Positions 1-8,872 of a stretch of 64,000 nucleotides of DNA are shown here, piece by piece. Below the pieces are notes generated by a model, which saw only the letters and a list, made by a program, of their open reading frames with translations, made no database searches and was not told where the DNA came from. A program made the translations under genes and the position numbers. The stretch is from an uncultured bacterium (GTDB lineage: Bacteria; Krumholzibacteriota; Krumholzibacteriia; Krumholzibacteriales; Krumholzibacteriaceae): assembly GCA_963786935.1 (NCBI GenBank), contig CAWBAN010000001.1, forward strand, positions 1,280,001 to 1,344,000. Direction: 5' to 3'. Numbering within the stretch: position 1 is the stretch's first letter; each line of letters starts with the position of its first letter.

Positions 1-246
1 ACGGGGAAGGGGCGCTCGATCGAACCCTACGGTTCGCTGATCGTACGCGTACAGGAGATGGACCAGAAGAGCGGCGAGGAAGTGCTCGCCGATTGCCTCT
101 GCCCCGACGCGAAGGACGGAACGGACGCGGGCGCGTTCGCGCGGGTCGGCGTCAAGATTCCGGTCTCGAGCGACAGCCAGATCCTCGTCGAGGCGGACCT
201 GCACCGAACGATCCTCTTCGGCGCGGCCTTCAACATCATCTTCTAG
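1..246 (+). CDS. C-terminal part of a hypothetical protein, possibly an outer-membrane beta-barrel (5' end outside the window)
   Basis: Frame is open from base 1 to TAG at 246; amphipathic strands end in terminal Phe (GAAFNIIF). Confidence 0.5.
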   Translation, partial: TGKGRSIEPYGSLIVRVQEMDQKSGEEVLADCLCPDAKDGTDAGAFARVGVKIPVSSDSQILVEADLHRTILFGAAFNIIF

Positions 247-300
247 GTGATAATGCAATCTGGTGCGCGGGTGGCGCCCATGGGGCCCCCGCCCGCGCGC

Positions 301-1110
301 TCAGGCGGTCTTCTCGGCGACGACGACGGTGATGTTGTCGCTCCCGCCCTCTTCCTTCGCGCGCTTGACGAGCCTTTTGCAGACCTTGTCGGGAGCGCCG
401 CCCGCCGCGATCTCCGCGATCTCGTCGTCGCCGAGCATCGAGTAGAGACCGTCGGAACAGATGAGGATACGATCCCCCGGCGCCAGCGGGATCGATTCCG
501 TGATGTCGACGTCGAGGTTGCCGCGCAGGCCCATCGCCTTCGTGATAACGTTCCGGTGCGGATGCCGCACGGCGTCCTCCCTGCTCAGCATCCCCTTGCG
601 GACCATCTCGCCAACGACGCTGTGATCGTCGGTGAGCTGCTTGAATACGCCGGCGCTCAGCATGTACGCGCGGGAATCCCCCGCGTGCGCGATATGGACC
701 ACGTCGGGGAGGAGCACGATCGCGGTGCACGTCGTGCCGGCGGAGCCGCTGCGCCCCTCGCCGACCGTTTCGAACACCTCGCGATTCGCCTCGAGAAACG
801 CCCAGCGCAGACGGTTCACCGCCGGAGCGGCGATGGAGCTGCGCGATTCGTGCAGCGCCCCGCCGTGGCCGCGCTCCGTGACGTCGGCCCCGGTGCCGTC
901 ATAATAAACGCGCCCCATCACCTCGACCGATTTCCTGCTCGCTTCGGCTCCGGACAGATGCCCCCCCATGCCGTCGGCGACGATCGCGAGCACGCCGAGG
1001 CTCGCGACGATCTCCTCCGACTCGGGCACGTAGATGCCGTAGAAATCCTCGTTGCGTTCGCGGATCGAGCCTCGATCGCTCTCGGCCCCGAATTGGTAGC
1101 TCACCGGCAT
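301..1110 (-). CDS. PP2C-family Ser/Thr protein phosphatase (Stp1/PrpC-like)
   Basis: Motifs RxxNED, VADGMGGH, GTT, HAGDSRAY, LTDDHS, CSDGL, GGSDNITV; start taken at MPVSY (1110). Confidence 0.93.
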   Translation of the reverse strand: MPVSYQFGAESDRGSIRERNEDFYGIYVPESEEIVASLGVLAIVADGMGGHLSGAEASRKSVEVMGRVYYDGTGADVTERGHGGALHESRSSIAAPAVNRLRWAFLEANREVFETVGEGRSGSAGTTCTAIVLLPDVVHIAHAGDSRAYMLSAGVFKQLTDDHSVVGEMVRKGMLSREDAVRHPHRNVITKAMGLRGNLDVDITESIPLAPGDRILICSDGLYSMLGDDEIAEIAAGGAPDKVCKRLVKRAKEEGGSDNITVVVAEKTA

Positions 1111-1256
1111 ATCACGTATCCCCGCAAAGGAGCCCTTGTTTTGTCCGATATTCGATGCTAGATTGCCTGAAGAAAGGTAGCGAGCCGCGCGTGCACCGTC
1201 AATTGAAATCGCGGATTCCGGCGGCGGGCGGGCGCGGGCGACGGGGATGTGCGCCG

Positions 1257-2144
1257 ATGCCTGAAACACGAACGAAACGCCTGCGGCCCCACGCGGCGCT
1301 CGGCGCGGCGATCATGCTCGCCGCGGGGATTCTCCTCGCCGCCGGCAATCGCTGGGTCGGCGCCTACTTCACCCCGCTCATGTGGACCGGCTACATCATC
1401 ATGATCGACGCGCTCGTCGCCGCGAGCACGGGAGAAAGCCCCCTCACGAAGCGGCGCGGAGAGTTCCTCCTGCTGCTTCCCCTCTCGATCGCCGGCTGGT
1501 ACGTATTCGAGGGCGTGAACCTTCTCCTGAAGAACTGGTCGTACGTCAATCTTCCCGAGACGACCGCCGCGCGCTGGCTCGGATACGCGTGGGCGTACGC
1601 GACGATCACGCCCGCCATCCTCGTAACCGCCGCGCTCGTCGATTCGCTCGCCGGAGAGCGCTTCCGCAACGGCCGCCCGCTCTCGCTCGGGCGCGGCGTC
1701 GAGACCGCGTTCTTCTTCGCCGGCGTCCTCTCGTTCGCGGCCCTTCTCGTCTTCCCCTCGCCGTGGCTCTGCTTTCTCCCGTGGATCAGCGTGCTGCTCT
1801 GGTTCGAGGGCATGAACGACCGGCTCGGCGTCGGATCGTTCGGGGCGGCGTTCCGGAAGGGTGACTACAGCCTCTTCGTATCGCTCCTCGTCTCCGGCGC
1901 CGTCTGCGGAATCCTCTGGGAGTCGTGGAACTACCGGGCGATCACCAAGTGGCACTACGACGTTCCCTACCTCCCCGGCGTGAAGCTCTTCGAGATGCCC
2001 GTTCTCGGCTATCTCGGTTTTCCGCCTTTCGCCCTCGAGTGCTGGCTCATGTACCGGCTCTTCCGCTTTTTGACGCCGGTGCGGGGGGACGCGGACGCGC
2101 TCGGCGCTCCGTGGAGCGGCGCGAAACCGGGGGAGGCGCCATGA
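1257..2144 (+). CDS. Uncharacterised multi-pass membrane protein
   Basis: About 8 hydrophobic segments, WESWNY..KWHY and FEMPVLGYLGFPPF motifs; stop overlaps the next start (ATGA). Confidence 0.75.
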   Translation: MPETRTKRLRPHAALGAAIMLAAGILLAAGNRWVGAYFTPLMWTGYIIMIDALVAASTGESPLTKRRGEFLLLLPLSIAGWYVFEGVNLLLKNWSYVNLPETTAARWLGYAWAYATITPAILVTAALVDSLAGERFRNGRPLSLGRGVETAFFFAGVLSFAALLVFPSPWLCFLPWISVLLWFEGMNDRLGVGSFGAAFRKGDYSLFVSLLVSGAVCGILWESWNYRAITKWHYDVPYLPGVKLFEMPVLGYLGFPPFALECWLMYRLFRFLTPVRGDADALGAPWSGAKPGEAP

Positions 2145-2827
2145 ACCCGCGCGCGGCGCTCGAGCGCCTGCTCGCGTCGAGCACGGCTGTCATCTTCGAC
2201 TTCGATAACGTCATCGTCGACTCCGAGCCGTACCATTTCGAGGCGTACTCGCGCGTGTTCGCCGGAGCGGGACACACGCTGAACCGCGAAGAGTACTGGC
2301 TCGAATGGACCTCGCGCGGGGGCGGCGCCGAAAGCGAGATCCGGCGCTACAACCTCTCGCTGGACGCGGCCGCGGTGCGCGCGGAGAAGGATCCCATCTA
2401 CTCGGCTTTCTGCAGCTCGGGCGCCATCAAGCCGTTCCCCGAGGCGCGCGCCGTCATCGAGGCCTTCGAGAAGGCGGGGCTCGTGCTGGCGATCGCCTCC
2501 GGCTCCTACGAGCGCGATATCCGGGCCATCCTGCGGGCAAACGGCCTCGAGGACCGCTTCGGCGCCGTCGTCGGCAAGGACGCCGTCAAGCGGACGAAGC
2601 CCGCGCCCGACACCTTCCTCGCCGCGGCCGAGCGGCTCGGCGTCCCGCCGGAGCGATGTCTCGCGATCGAGGACGCGGAAAAGGGAGTGCGGAGCGCGAG
2701 GGACGCCGGCATGCGCGTCATTCTCCTCGAGACGGAAATCACGAGGCATCTGAAGCTCGAGGGCGCGGACCTGGCGCTGGCGAGCCTCGCCGAGCTTCGC
2801 GACCTCCTGATCGAATTGACCGCGTGA
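2141..2827 (+). CDS. HAD-family phosphatase (beta-phosphoglucomutase-like)
   Basis: FDFDNVIVDS motif I, IAS, KPAPD, IEDAEKG; GGGGAGG RBS before ATG 2141. Confidence 0.9.
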   Translation: MNPRAALERLLASSTAVIFDFDNVIVDSEPYHFEAYSRVFAGAGHTLNREEYWLEWTSRGGGAESEIRRYNLSLDAAAVRAEKDPIYSAFCSSGAIKPFPEARAVIEAFEKAGLVLAIASGSYERDIRAILRANGLEDRFGAVVGKDAVKRTKPAPDTFLAAAERLGVPPERCLAIEDAEKGVRSARDAGMRVILLETEITRHLKLEGADLALASLAELRDLLIELTA

Positions 2828-2842
2828 ACGCGGACCGGACCG

Positions 2843-3820
2843 CTAGTGGAAGAGGCTCTTGATCGCGCCCCAGCTCGTCGATTCCACGCCGATCTCGCAG
2901 GCCACGCCGGCCGTATCCACCGACGCGCATTCGACGAAAGAGGCTCGCGTGATCGTTTCCCCGGCGTCGCGCGTCAGGGAGAACGCCGTGAAATAGAGAA
3001 TCGGGGCGGCCGACACGCCGATTTGCAGACAGCACTGGATCTCGCCGGGAACGCTCGGTGTTTCGACGGCGAGCGTTCCGTCCTCGGCGCCTCTCGGATA
3101 GCGGTCCGTGCGGTAGCGGACCATCGTGCGGTTGCCGCTCCCGGCGACCCATGAGAGCTTCACCGCGCAGCCCTGCCCCTTCTCGGCCGTGAAGCCGGTC
3201 ACGGGCGCGTTGGGCTCCTCGCAGATCGGCTCCTGGCACGCAGAGAGGTAGCTCTGTCCGAGGAATCCGCCGTGCTGCGGGGAGAAGACGTCGTGCCAAT
3301 TCCCGCGGCCGTCCATCTCGATCATCTTGCCCGTCTGGCCGTTCGGCCTCAAATCGATCCACACGGGATCGTCGCCGTGGATGCGCACGATCTGGACGTA
3401 TCCGATCCGCACGGGACCGCACACGCCCTGCATCGCCTGGAGCGCGAGATCGAGGCGAGACTCGCTCCCGGAATAAGAGTGGGAGCTGCCGACGACGTTC
3501 CACGCATTGTCCGGAGTGAACACCGCGATGCTTTCGTTCGAAGCGACCGAGAACTCGAGGTAGATCGCTCCTTCATGGAGATTGTACGCCCAGAGGGGAA
3601 CGTCGATCACCGTCTCGCCCGCCAGCATGCCCCGCGAGCAAACGATATCCGAGGGAATAGAGGAGGCGTCGCCGAAATGGACGGCGAGCCTCACGAGATA
3701 ATCGATATCAGCGAGGCTCGATGAAAGCGAACGGGGCCCGCCGCACTGCGCCAGCGCGGTCCCCGCGGCGCAGAAGCAGAGAACGAAAAGGATAAGCCCC
3801 GCCATTCGAGCATTGCTCAT
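2843..3820 (-). CDS. Secreted Cys-rich protein with C-terminal STSWGAIKSLF motif
   Basis: Signal peptide ending ALA-Q, GGAGG RBS, own sigma70-like promoter, C-terminal WGxIK tail. Confidence 0.8.
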   Translation of the reverse strand: MSNARMAGLILFVLCFCAAGTALAQCGGPRSLSSSLADIDYLVRLAVHFGDASSIPSDIVCSRGMLAGETVIDVPLWAYNLHEGAIYLEFSVASNESIAVFTPDNAWNVVGSSHSYSGSESRLDLALQAMQGVCGPVRIGYVQIVRIHGDDPVWIDLRPNGQTGKMIEMDGRGNWHDVFSPQHGGFLGQSYLSACQEPICEEPNAPVTGFTAEKGQGCAVKLSWVAGSGNRTMVRYRTDRYPRGAEDGTLAVETPSVPGEIQCCLQIGVSAAPILYFTAFSLTRDAGETITRASFVECASVDTAGVACEIGVESTSWGAIKSLFH

Positions 3821-3891
3821 GGAACACGAACCTCCACTGACCTCCGCTCCGCATGGATGGAGGACGCGTAAAATTCCTTTACGCTTTTCTA

Positions 3892-3920
3892 ATTATCTCA
3901 ATTTAAAGGGGTTTTGTCAA
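3892..3920 (-). promoter_or_regulatory. Sigma70-type promoter for the 2843-3820 gene
   Basis: Minus strand TTGACA-17 nt-GATAAT in an AT-rich intergenic stretch. Confidence 0.65.
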
Positions 3921-3978
3921 GTATACGGTCCGGCCCCGACCCGTGCGCTTCACCGCGGAAGAATTAACAAATCCGCTT

Positions 3979-5316
3979 TCACGCCTTTTCCCCCCGGCCC
4001 TTTTTCCTGTCGCGGAGACCGCGCCAGTACTCGATGCGCTTGATCATCTCCCGCTCGAAGCCGCGCTCGACGGGGCGATAGTAGCGGCGCCCGACGAGCT
4101 CATCGGGGAAATACTCCTGATCGACGATCGCGTCGGGATCCTCGTGCGGGTAGCGATAGCCCTTCCCGTACCCGATATCCTCCATGAGCCCCGTCACGGC
4201 GTTCCTGATCCAGAACGGCACGGGGAGCGGGCCGCGCTCCCGCACGTCCCCCGCGGCCTCGTCATAGGCCGTGTAGAGCGCGTTGCTCTTCGGGGCGAGC
4301 GCGAGATATGCGGCCGCCTGCGCGAGCGCGAGCTTCCCCTCGGGCATCCCGATGAAATGGACCGCCTGCATGGCATTCAATGCCGCGGTCAGCGCCTCGG
4401 GATCGGCGTTTCCGATGTCTTCCGAAGCGAAGCGCACGAGGCGGCGCGCCACGTAGAGCGGATCCTCCCCCGCCTCGAGCATGCGCGCGAGCCAGTACAG
4501 CGACGCGTCCGGATCGCCGCCGCGCAGGCTCTTGTGGAGCGCCGAAATGATGTTGTAGTGCTCCTCTCCCTTTTTGTCGTAGAGGATGGCCCGTTTCTGC
4601 GCGGCTTCCTCGAGAAGCCCCCGCGTGAGCGCGACGGCGCCGTTTGGCCGCCGGACGGACTGCACGGCCATCTCGAGCGCGTTGAGCGCCGTGCGCGCGT
4701 CCCCGAACGCCAGGTGCGCGAGATAGCGTACGTCATCCTCCGAAATCGAGATTTCGAGACCGCCGTATCCCACCTTCGCGTCGGCGAGGGCGCGCGCGAC
4801 GACCTTCACGATCTCCTCCTCGCCGAGCGGCTTCAGGACGAACACGCGGCACCGCGACAGCAGCGGCGCGATGACCTCGAAGCTCGGATTTTCCGTCGTC
4901 GCGCCGATGAGCACGATCGTGCCGTCCTCGATGAAGGGGAGGAACGCGTCCTGCTGCGCCTTGTTGAAACGATGGATCTCGTCGATGAAGAGGATCGTCC
5001 TCGCGCCGTTGATGCCGAGGCGCGAAACCGCCTCCGCCGCGACGCGCTTGACGTCGGCGATCCCCGACGTCACGGCGGAGAAATGCTCGAAATGCGCGTC
5101 GACCGCCGACGCGATGAGGCGGGCGAGCGTCGTTTTGCCGCACCCCGGAGGTCCCCAGAAGATGAGGGAGCTTTCGAGCCTGCCGTTCTCGAGGACGCGC
5201 CGGAGAATTTTCCCCTCGCCGACGAGATCATCCTGCCCGACGAACTCATCGAGGCTCCGCGGACGCATCCGCTCGGCCAAAGGGGGCGGCACTTCGCTCT
5301 TGAACAGATCGTGCAT
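3979..5316 (-). CDS. rarA: Replication-associated recombination protein A (MgsA/RarA AAA+ ATPase)
   Basis: PLAERMRP, WGPPGCGKTT, FIDEIHRFNKAQQD, GATTENPSF, SALHKSLRG, ASEDIGNADP. Confidence 0.96.
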   Translation of the reverse strand: MHDLFKSEVPPPLAERMRPRSLDEFVGQDDLVGEGKILRRVLENGRLESSLIFWGPPGCGKTTLARLIASAVDAHFEHFSAVTSGIADVKRVAAEAVSRLGINGARTILFIDEIHRFNKAQQDAFLPFIEDGTIVLIGATTENPSFEVIAPLLSRCRVFVLKPLGEEEIVKVVARALADAKVGYGGLEISISEDDVRYLAHLAFGDARTALNALEMAVQSVRRPNGAVALTRGLLEEAAQKRAILYDKKGEEHYNIISALHKSLRGGDPDASLYWLARMLEAGEDPLYVARRLVRFASEDIGNADPEALTAALNAMQAVHFIGMPEGKLALAQAAAYLALAPKSNALYTAYDEAAGDVRERGPLPVPFWIRNAVTGLMEDIGYGKGYRYPHEDPDAIVDQEYFPDELVGRRYYRPVERGFEREMIKRIEYWRGLRDRKKGRGEKA

Positions 5317-5319
5317 GGC

Positions 5320-6264
5320 TCAGCTGTAGTCGGGGGTTTTCTCGAAGGAATGCTCCGTCTTGAGGAAACGGATCGTTCCGGATTTGCCCCGGAAGACGAC
5401 GCTGTGGGTAACGGCGCCCCCCGGCCTGAACATGACGCCGTCGAGGAAGTCGCTGCGCGAGACGCCCGTGGCGGCGAACATGACGTCCCCGACCACGAGG
5501 TCGCGGGCGCCGTAAATCTTCCGCAGATCGCTCGGCAGGTTCTCCGGCGCCGTGTCGAGCGCCGGCATGAACTGCACCTGAAATCCGCCGCCGAGACACG
5601 CGATGGCCGCGGCCGCGATGATTCCCTGCTTCGAATCGCCGACGCCCATCATGACGTCGATGCCCGTCTCGGGGAGCGAAGCCGATATCGCGGCGGCGAG
5701 CTCCCCCGCTTTGAGAAGTTCGATCCGCGCGCCGGCCCGGCGCACCTCGTCGATGAGCGCGCGATGCCGCTCCCGATCGAGGATCGAAACGGTCAGATCC
5801 TCGACGTACACCCGCTTGGCGTCCGCGATGCGAACGAGATTGTCGAACACCGAGGAGTTGAGATCGATCGCCTCCGCCGCATCGGCCCCCACCGCGATCT
5901 TCCGCATGTAGGGTGCCGCACTCTCGGCGAAGGTTCCCCGCTGACCCATGGCGATCACCGAGATCGAATTCGACTGGCCGTCGGCGAGCGCCTCGATGCA
6001 GTCGACCGGATCGAGAACGACGTCGAAGGCGGCCTCGCCGCCGGCGCCGATCGCGTCCCCGACGCAGAGCTTCGATGTTTCGCTGATCCGCTCCTCGCCG
6101 ATGATGATCCGGCCGGATACCTTCACGCCCCTGAAGGCGAGATCCATCGCCTCGACGGCGGCGGCATCCGCGATCGCCGGATTCCCCTTTCCGAAGAAAC
6201 GGGCGGACGCGAGCGCCGCGGCCTCCGTGACCCTCACGAGCTCGAGAGCGAGGTTGCGGTCCAA
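5320..6264 (-). CDS. glpX: Class II fructose-1,6-bisphosphatase (GlpX) homologue with a degenerate active site
   Basis: TTG start after GGAGG gives (M)DRNLALELVRVTEAAAL; LDRERH and FAATGV..DFLDGV are typical; several catalytic residues are altered. Confidence 0.85.
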   Translation of the reverse strand: MDRNLALELVRVTEAAALASARFFGKGNPAIADAAAVEAMDLAFRGVKVSGRIIIGEERISETSKLCVGDAIGAGGEAAFDVVLDPVDCIEALADGQSNSISVIAMGQRGTFAESAAPYMRKIAVGADAAEAIDLNSSVFDNLVRIADAKRVYVEDLTVSILDRERHRALIDEVRRAGARIELLKAGELAAAISASLPETGIDVMMGVGDSKQGIIAAAAIACLGGGFQVQFMPALDTAPENLPSDLRKIYGARDLVVGDVMFAATGVSRSDFLDGVMFRPGGAVTHSVVFRGKSGTIRFLKTEHSFEKTPDYS

Positions 6265-6289
6265 GCGGATGTGCCTCCGGGTGCGCGGG

Positions 6290-6727
6290 CTACAGCTCTG
6301 TCTTCTCGAACGGCTCGGCGGCGCGGACATCGGGGCCGCCGGCGGCCTGCGGGCCCTTGTTCCGGGCGAAGAGCTCGTTGACGTCCTTCGCCATCTGGTA
6401 CTGATGGATGCCGTACACGATGGGAAGCAGCGGATAGGCGAAGAACGCCGTCAACGGGTAGGCGAAGATCTGGATGATGAAGGTGAGCCAGAACCAGTTC
6501 CATTGACCGAGGTAAATGTATCCCACGGGGCCGAGAAATATCCAGCTGAAGAAGAAGCCGAGGGCCGCGGCCGCCTTGGGATTCTTCAGCTCCTTCACGG
6601 CTTTTATCCTCGTGAGCTCGTGCCGGTAGAGCGAAGACGGGGCATCTCCATTCCCGGCCTTCTTCCCGCAGGAGGCACAGTATTCCGCCGCGCTGTCGAT
6701 CTCGGTTCCGCAGTATTTGCAGTACAT
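6290..6727 (-). CDS. Zinc-ribbon membrane protein (TM2-like)
   Basis: MYCKYCG..YCASCG followed by KNPKAAAAL..GYIYLGQW hydrophobic segments. Confidence 0.8.
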   Translation of the reverse strand: MYCKYCGTEIDSAAEYCASCGKKAGNGDAPSSLYRHELTRIKAVKELKNPKAAAALGFFFSWIFLGPVGYIYLGQWNWFWLTFIIQIFAYPLTAFFAYPLLPIVYGIHQYQMAKDVNELFARNKGPQAAGGPDVRAAEPFEKTEL

Positions 6728-6836
6728 GGCTCTTACCTCCGATCCTGGACTCCTCACCCATTATTACGGTTCCAGCGGAGGATTGTTTCTCCATTCCTGG
6801 AGCTATTCTAAATAATATCGGCTCGATGCGACAGCA

Positions 6837-8018
6837 TTATTTCCCGGCGGGCTGCTTCTTTTTCGCTTCCTCGATCCGGTCGAGGTTCGCCCGCGCGGCG
6901 GCGTTGCCCGGCTCGATCGCGAGGGCGCGATTCAAGAGCGCGACCGCTTCGTCGAGATCTCCCTTCGAGGCGAGTATCACCGCGAGATTGATCATCCCCT
7001 GCGGCCACTCGGGCTTCGCGGCGACGGCGCGCCTCGCCCAGGGAATCGCCTCATCCGGCTTCCCGAGCCCGTGGAGACACATCGCGATCTTGTCCTGAAC
7101 CTCGGGATCCTGATCGAGCTTCATATACTGCTTCAAGGCCGCTTCATAATCGCCCGCGTGGAAAAGAACTCGCGCGAGCTGCTTTCTGATTTCGACGTCG
7201 TCGCGCTCGGCCAGGAGCCCCTCGAGCAGGGCGCGCGCCCCCGCATGATCGCCGCGCCTGTCGAGCGCCTCGGCGAGATAGCCCGCGATCTCCCGATCGC
7301 CGGGACGCAGCCTCGAGGCCTCGGCGAGAACGTCCGCGGCTTCCCGCGGTCTCCCCGCGTTGATGAGGAGGAGCCCGTACTGGACGAGAAATTCCGGCGG
7401 CGCGTCTCCGAGCGAATCCGCCTTCACGAAATAAGTCTCGGCGAGGACGGGATTCTCCCGGGCCAGGAGCATCCCCTTGAGACCGTTCAGGTAGGGATCG
7501 CCCGCGTCGCGCCGGAGCCCCTCATCGACGTACTTGAGCGCGGCGTCGCGCTTGTCGAGCTTGATGCCGGCGACGGCGAGATTCCGGTAGACGAGGGCGT
7601 CGTACTTCCCGTCGCAGAAGAGCTTCGCTTCCATGAACTCCGTTTGCGCGCGCCCCGTTTTCCCGATCCGCATGAGGTAGACGGCGAAGTGCAGATGGCT
7701 CTCGCAGTTCTCGTAATCGGCGAGAATGCCCTGTTCGAACGCGGCGACGGCCTCGTCCCCGCGCCCGAGAGCGGCGAGGGCCCGGGCCCTCTGGACGAGG
7801 CTTCGCGGGTCGCTCTCCCCCGCGGCGATGAGGCTGTCGGCGATCGAGAGCGCCTCGTCGAAGCGTCCCGCTTCGAGCGCCGCGTTCGCCCGCGCGTCGG
7901 CGTGGGCGCGCGACTCGATCCACTCGCCGGGGACGCGCGTCATCTCCTTCGCGCAGGCGGCGAGGAGCAATGCGGCCAGCAAGGCGCACGCCGCGGATTG
8001 TCCGGGGTAGATTCTCAT
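6837..8018 (-). CDS. TPR-repeat lipoprotein
   Basis: Lipobox LLAAC; repeated TPR helices, e.g. ALAIEPGNAAARANL. Confidence 0.85.
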   Translation of the reverse strand: MRIYPGQSAACALLAALLLAACAKEMTRVPGEWIESRAHADARANAALEAGRFDEALSIADSLIAAGESDPRSLVQRARALAALGRGDEAVAAFEQGILADYENCESHLHFAVYLMRIGKTGRAQTEFMEAKLFCDGKYDALVYRNLAVAGIKLDKRDAALKYVDEGLRRDAGDPYLNGLKGMLLARENPVLAETYFVKADSLGDAPPEFLVQYGLLLINAGRPREAADVLAEASRLRPGDREIAGYLAEALDRRGDHAGARALLEGLLAERDDVEIRKQLARVLFHAGDYEAALKQYMKLDQDPEVQDKIAMCLHGLGKPDEAIPWARRAVAAKPEWPQGMINLAVILASKGDLDEAVALLNRALAIEPGNAAARANLDRIEEAKKKQPAGK

Positions 8019-8051
8019 CGGCCCGATTGTACGGATTCGCCGCGCGAGGTT

Positions 8052-8594
8052 CTAGCGCTTTTTCAGGCCGGGCTTCTTGTAGCCGAGCAGCCGATGCCGC
8101 AGTTTGCCGAGGAAACAGTTGAGCGGATGGCTCCTCGGCAGACGGCCGAACACGGGCTGCCGGCGCACGCCCATGCCGGAGAGCTCGAGGGCGGCCGGAG
8201 AGTTTGTATTGTCGATCGAGTAGGCTCTGGTGAAGAGGTCGCGCGCCTCTTTCCTGCATCCCTGCGCGAGCCAGACACGGCCGAAATTCACGAGAATGAT
8301 GGGAGACTGAGGCGCGAGCTTCGCCGCCTTGCCGCAGAGCTTCGTCGCCTCCGTGAGATTTCCGCGCATCCCGACGCAGAGCCCGTAGTACGAAAGGTAG
8401 AGGGGATTCTCGCTCGAAATCCTCACCGCTTCCTCCAGGAGCTCCTCCGCCATTTCGAATTTCCCTCGCACTATGCACGCCTCCGCCCTCCGAAACAGCT
8501 CCTGCGACTCGAACGTCTCGTTCTGCAAAGGATCCGGGGGAGTCTGCTTCCAGTCGGTTAACTTGTTGCTAATGTTGCTGATTCTGCTTCCCAT
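8052..8594 (-). CDS. Small TPR-repeat protein
   Basis: TPR-like helices (YLSYYGL, LVNFGRVWL); start could be 8594 or 8624. Confidence 0.7.
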   Translation of the reverse strand: MGSRISNISNKLTDWKQTPPDPLQNETFESQELFRRAEACIVRGKFEMAEELLEEAVRISSENPLYLSYYGLCVGMRGNLTEATKLCGKAAKLAPQSPIILVNFGRVWLAQGCRKEARDLFTRAYSIDNTNSPAALELSGMGVRRQPVFGRLPRSHPLNCFLGKLRHRLLGYKKPGLKKR

Positions 8595-8755
8595 GCGCTG
8601 TCCCCCCCGGCGAATGACCGGCACTAATGTCCATAGATTCCTCGAACGGTCCGTACCGCTGCAAAAAATATACCCTCAAACAGCTCGGAGGCATGCGGCC
8701 CGCGATATTCCGGCGATTCGAAGCAAGCGGGCTAATGTCAAGCCGGACAAAGCGT

Positions 8756-8784
8756 TTGACTTGCAGAGGGACCTGCGATACAAT
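8756..8784 (+). promoter_or_regulatory. Sigma70-type promoter
   Basis: TTGACT-17 nt-TACAAT. Confidence 0.7.
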
Positions 8785-8872
8785 TATATGGTAAAGGATT
8801 TTTACTCTGCCGCTTCTCGCCGCGCGGCTCGGTTCTTCAGGGGAGCGCATGTCCGGAAGGCGGCCTTTTTTT

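Noticed and set aside
3943..6381. 812-aa plus-strand ORF and similar long ORFs (39510-42671, 48991-51258, 53740-56367, 14779-16236, 23803-25965)
   Set aside because: They are antisense shadows of clearly recognisable genes in GC-rich DNA and carry no motifs of their own
8846..8865. GUCCGGAAGG resembling the SRP (4.5S) RNA core
   Set aside because: The flanking CAGG and AAGCAG of the SRP internal loop are missing and the element sits at the end, not the apex, of the hairpin
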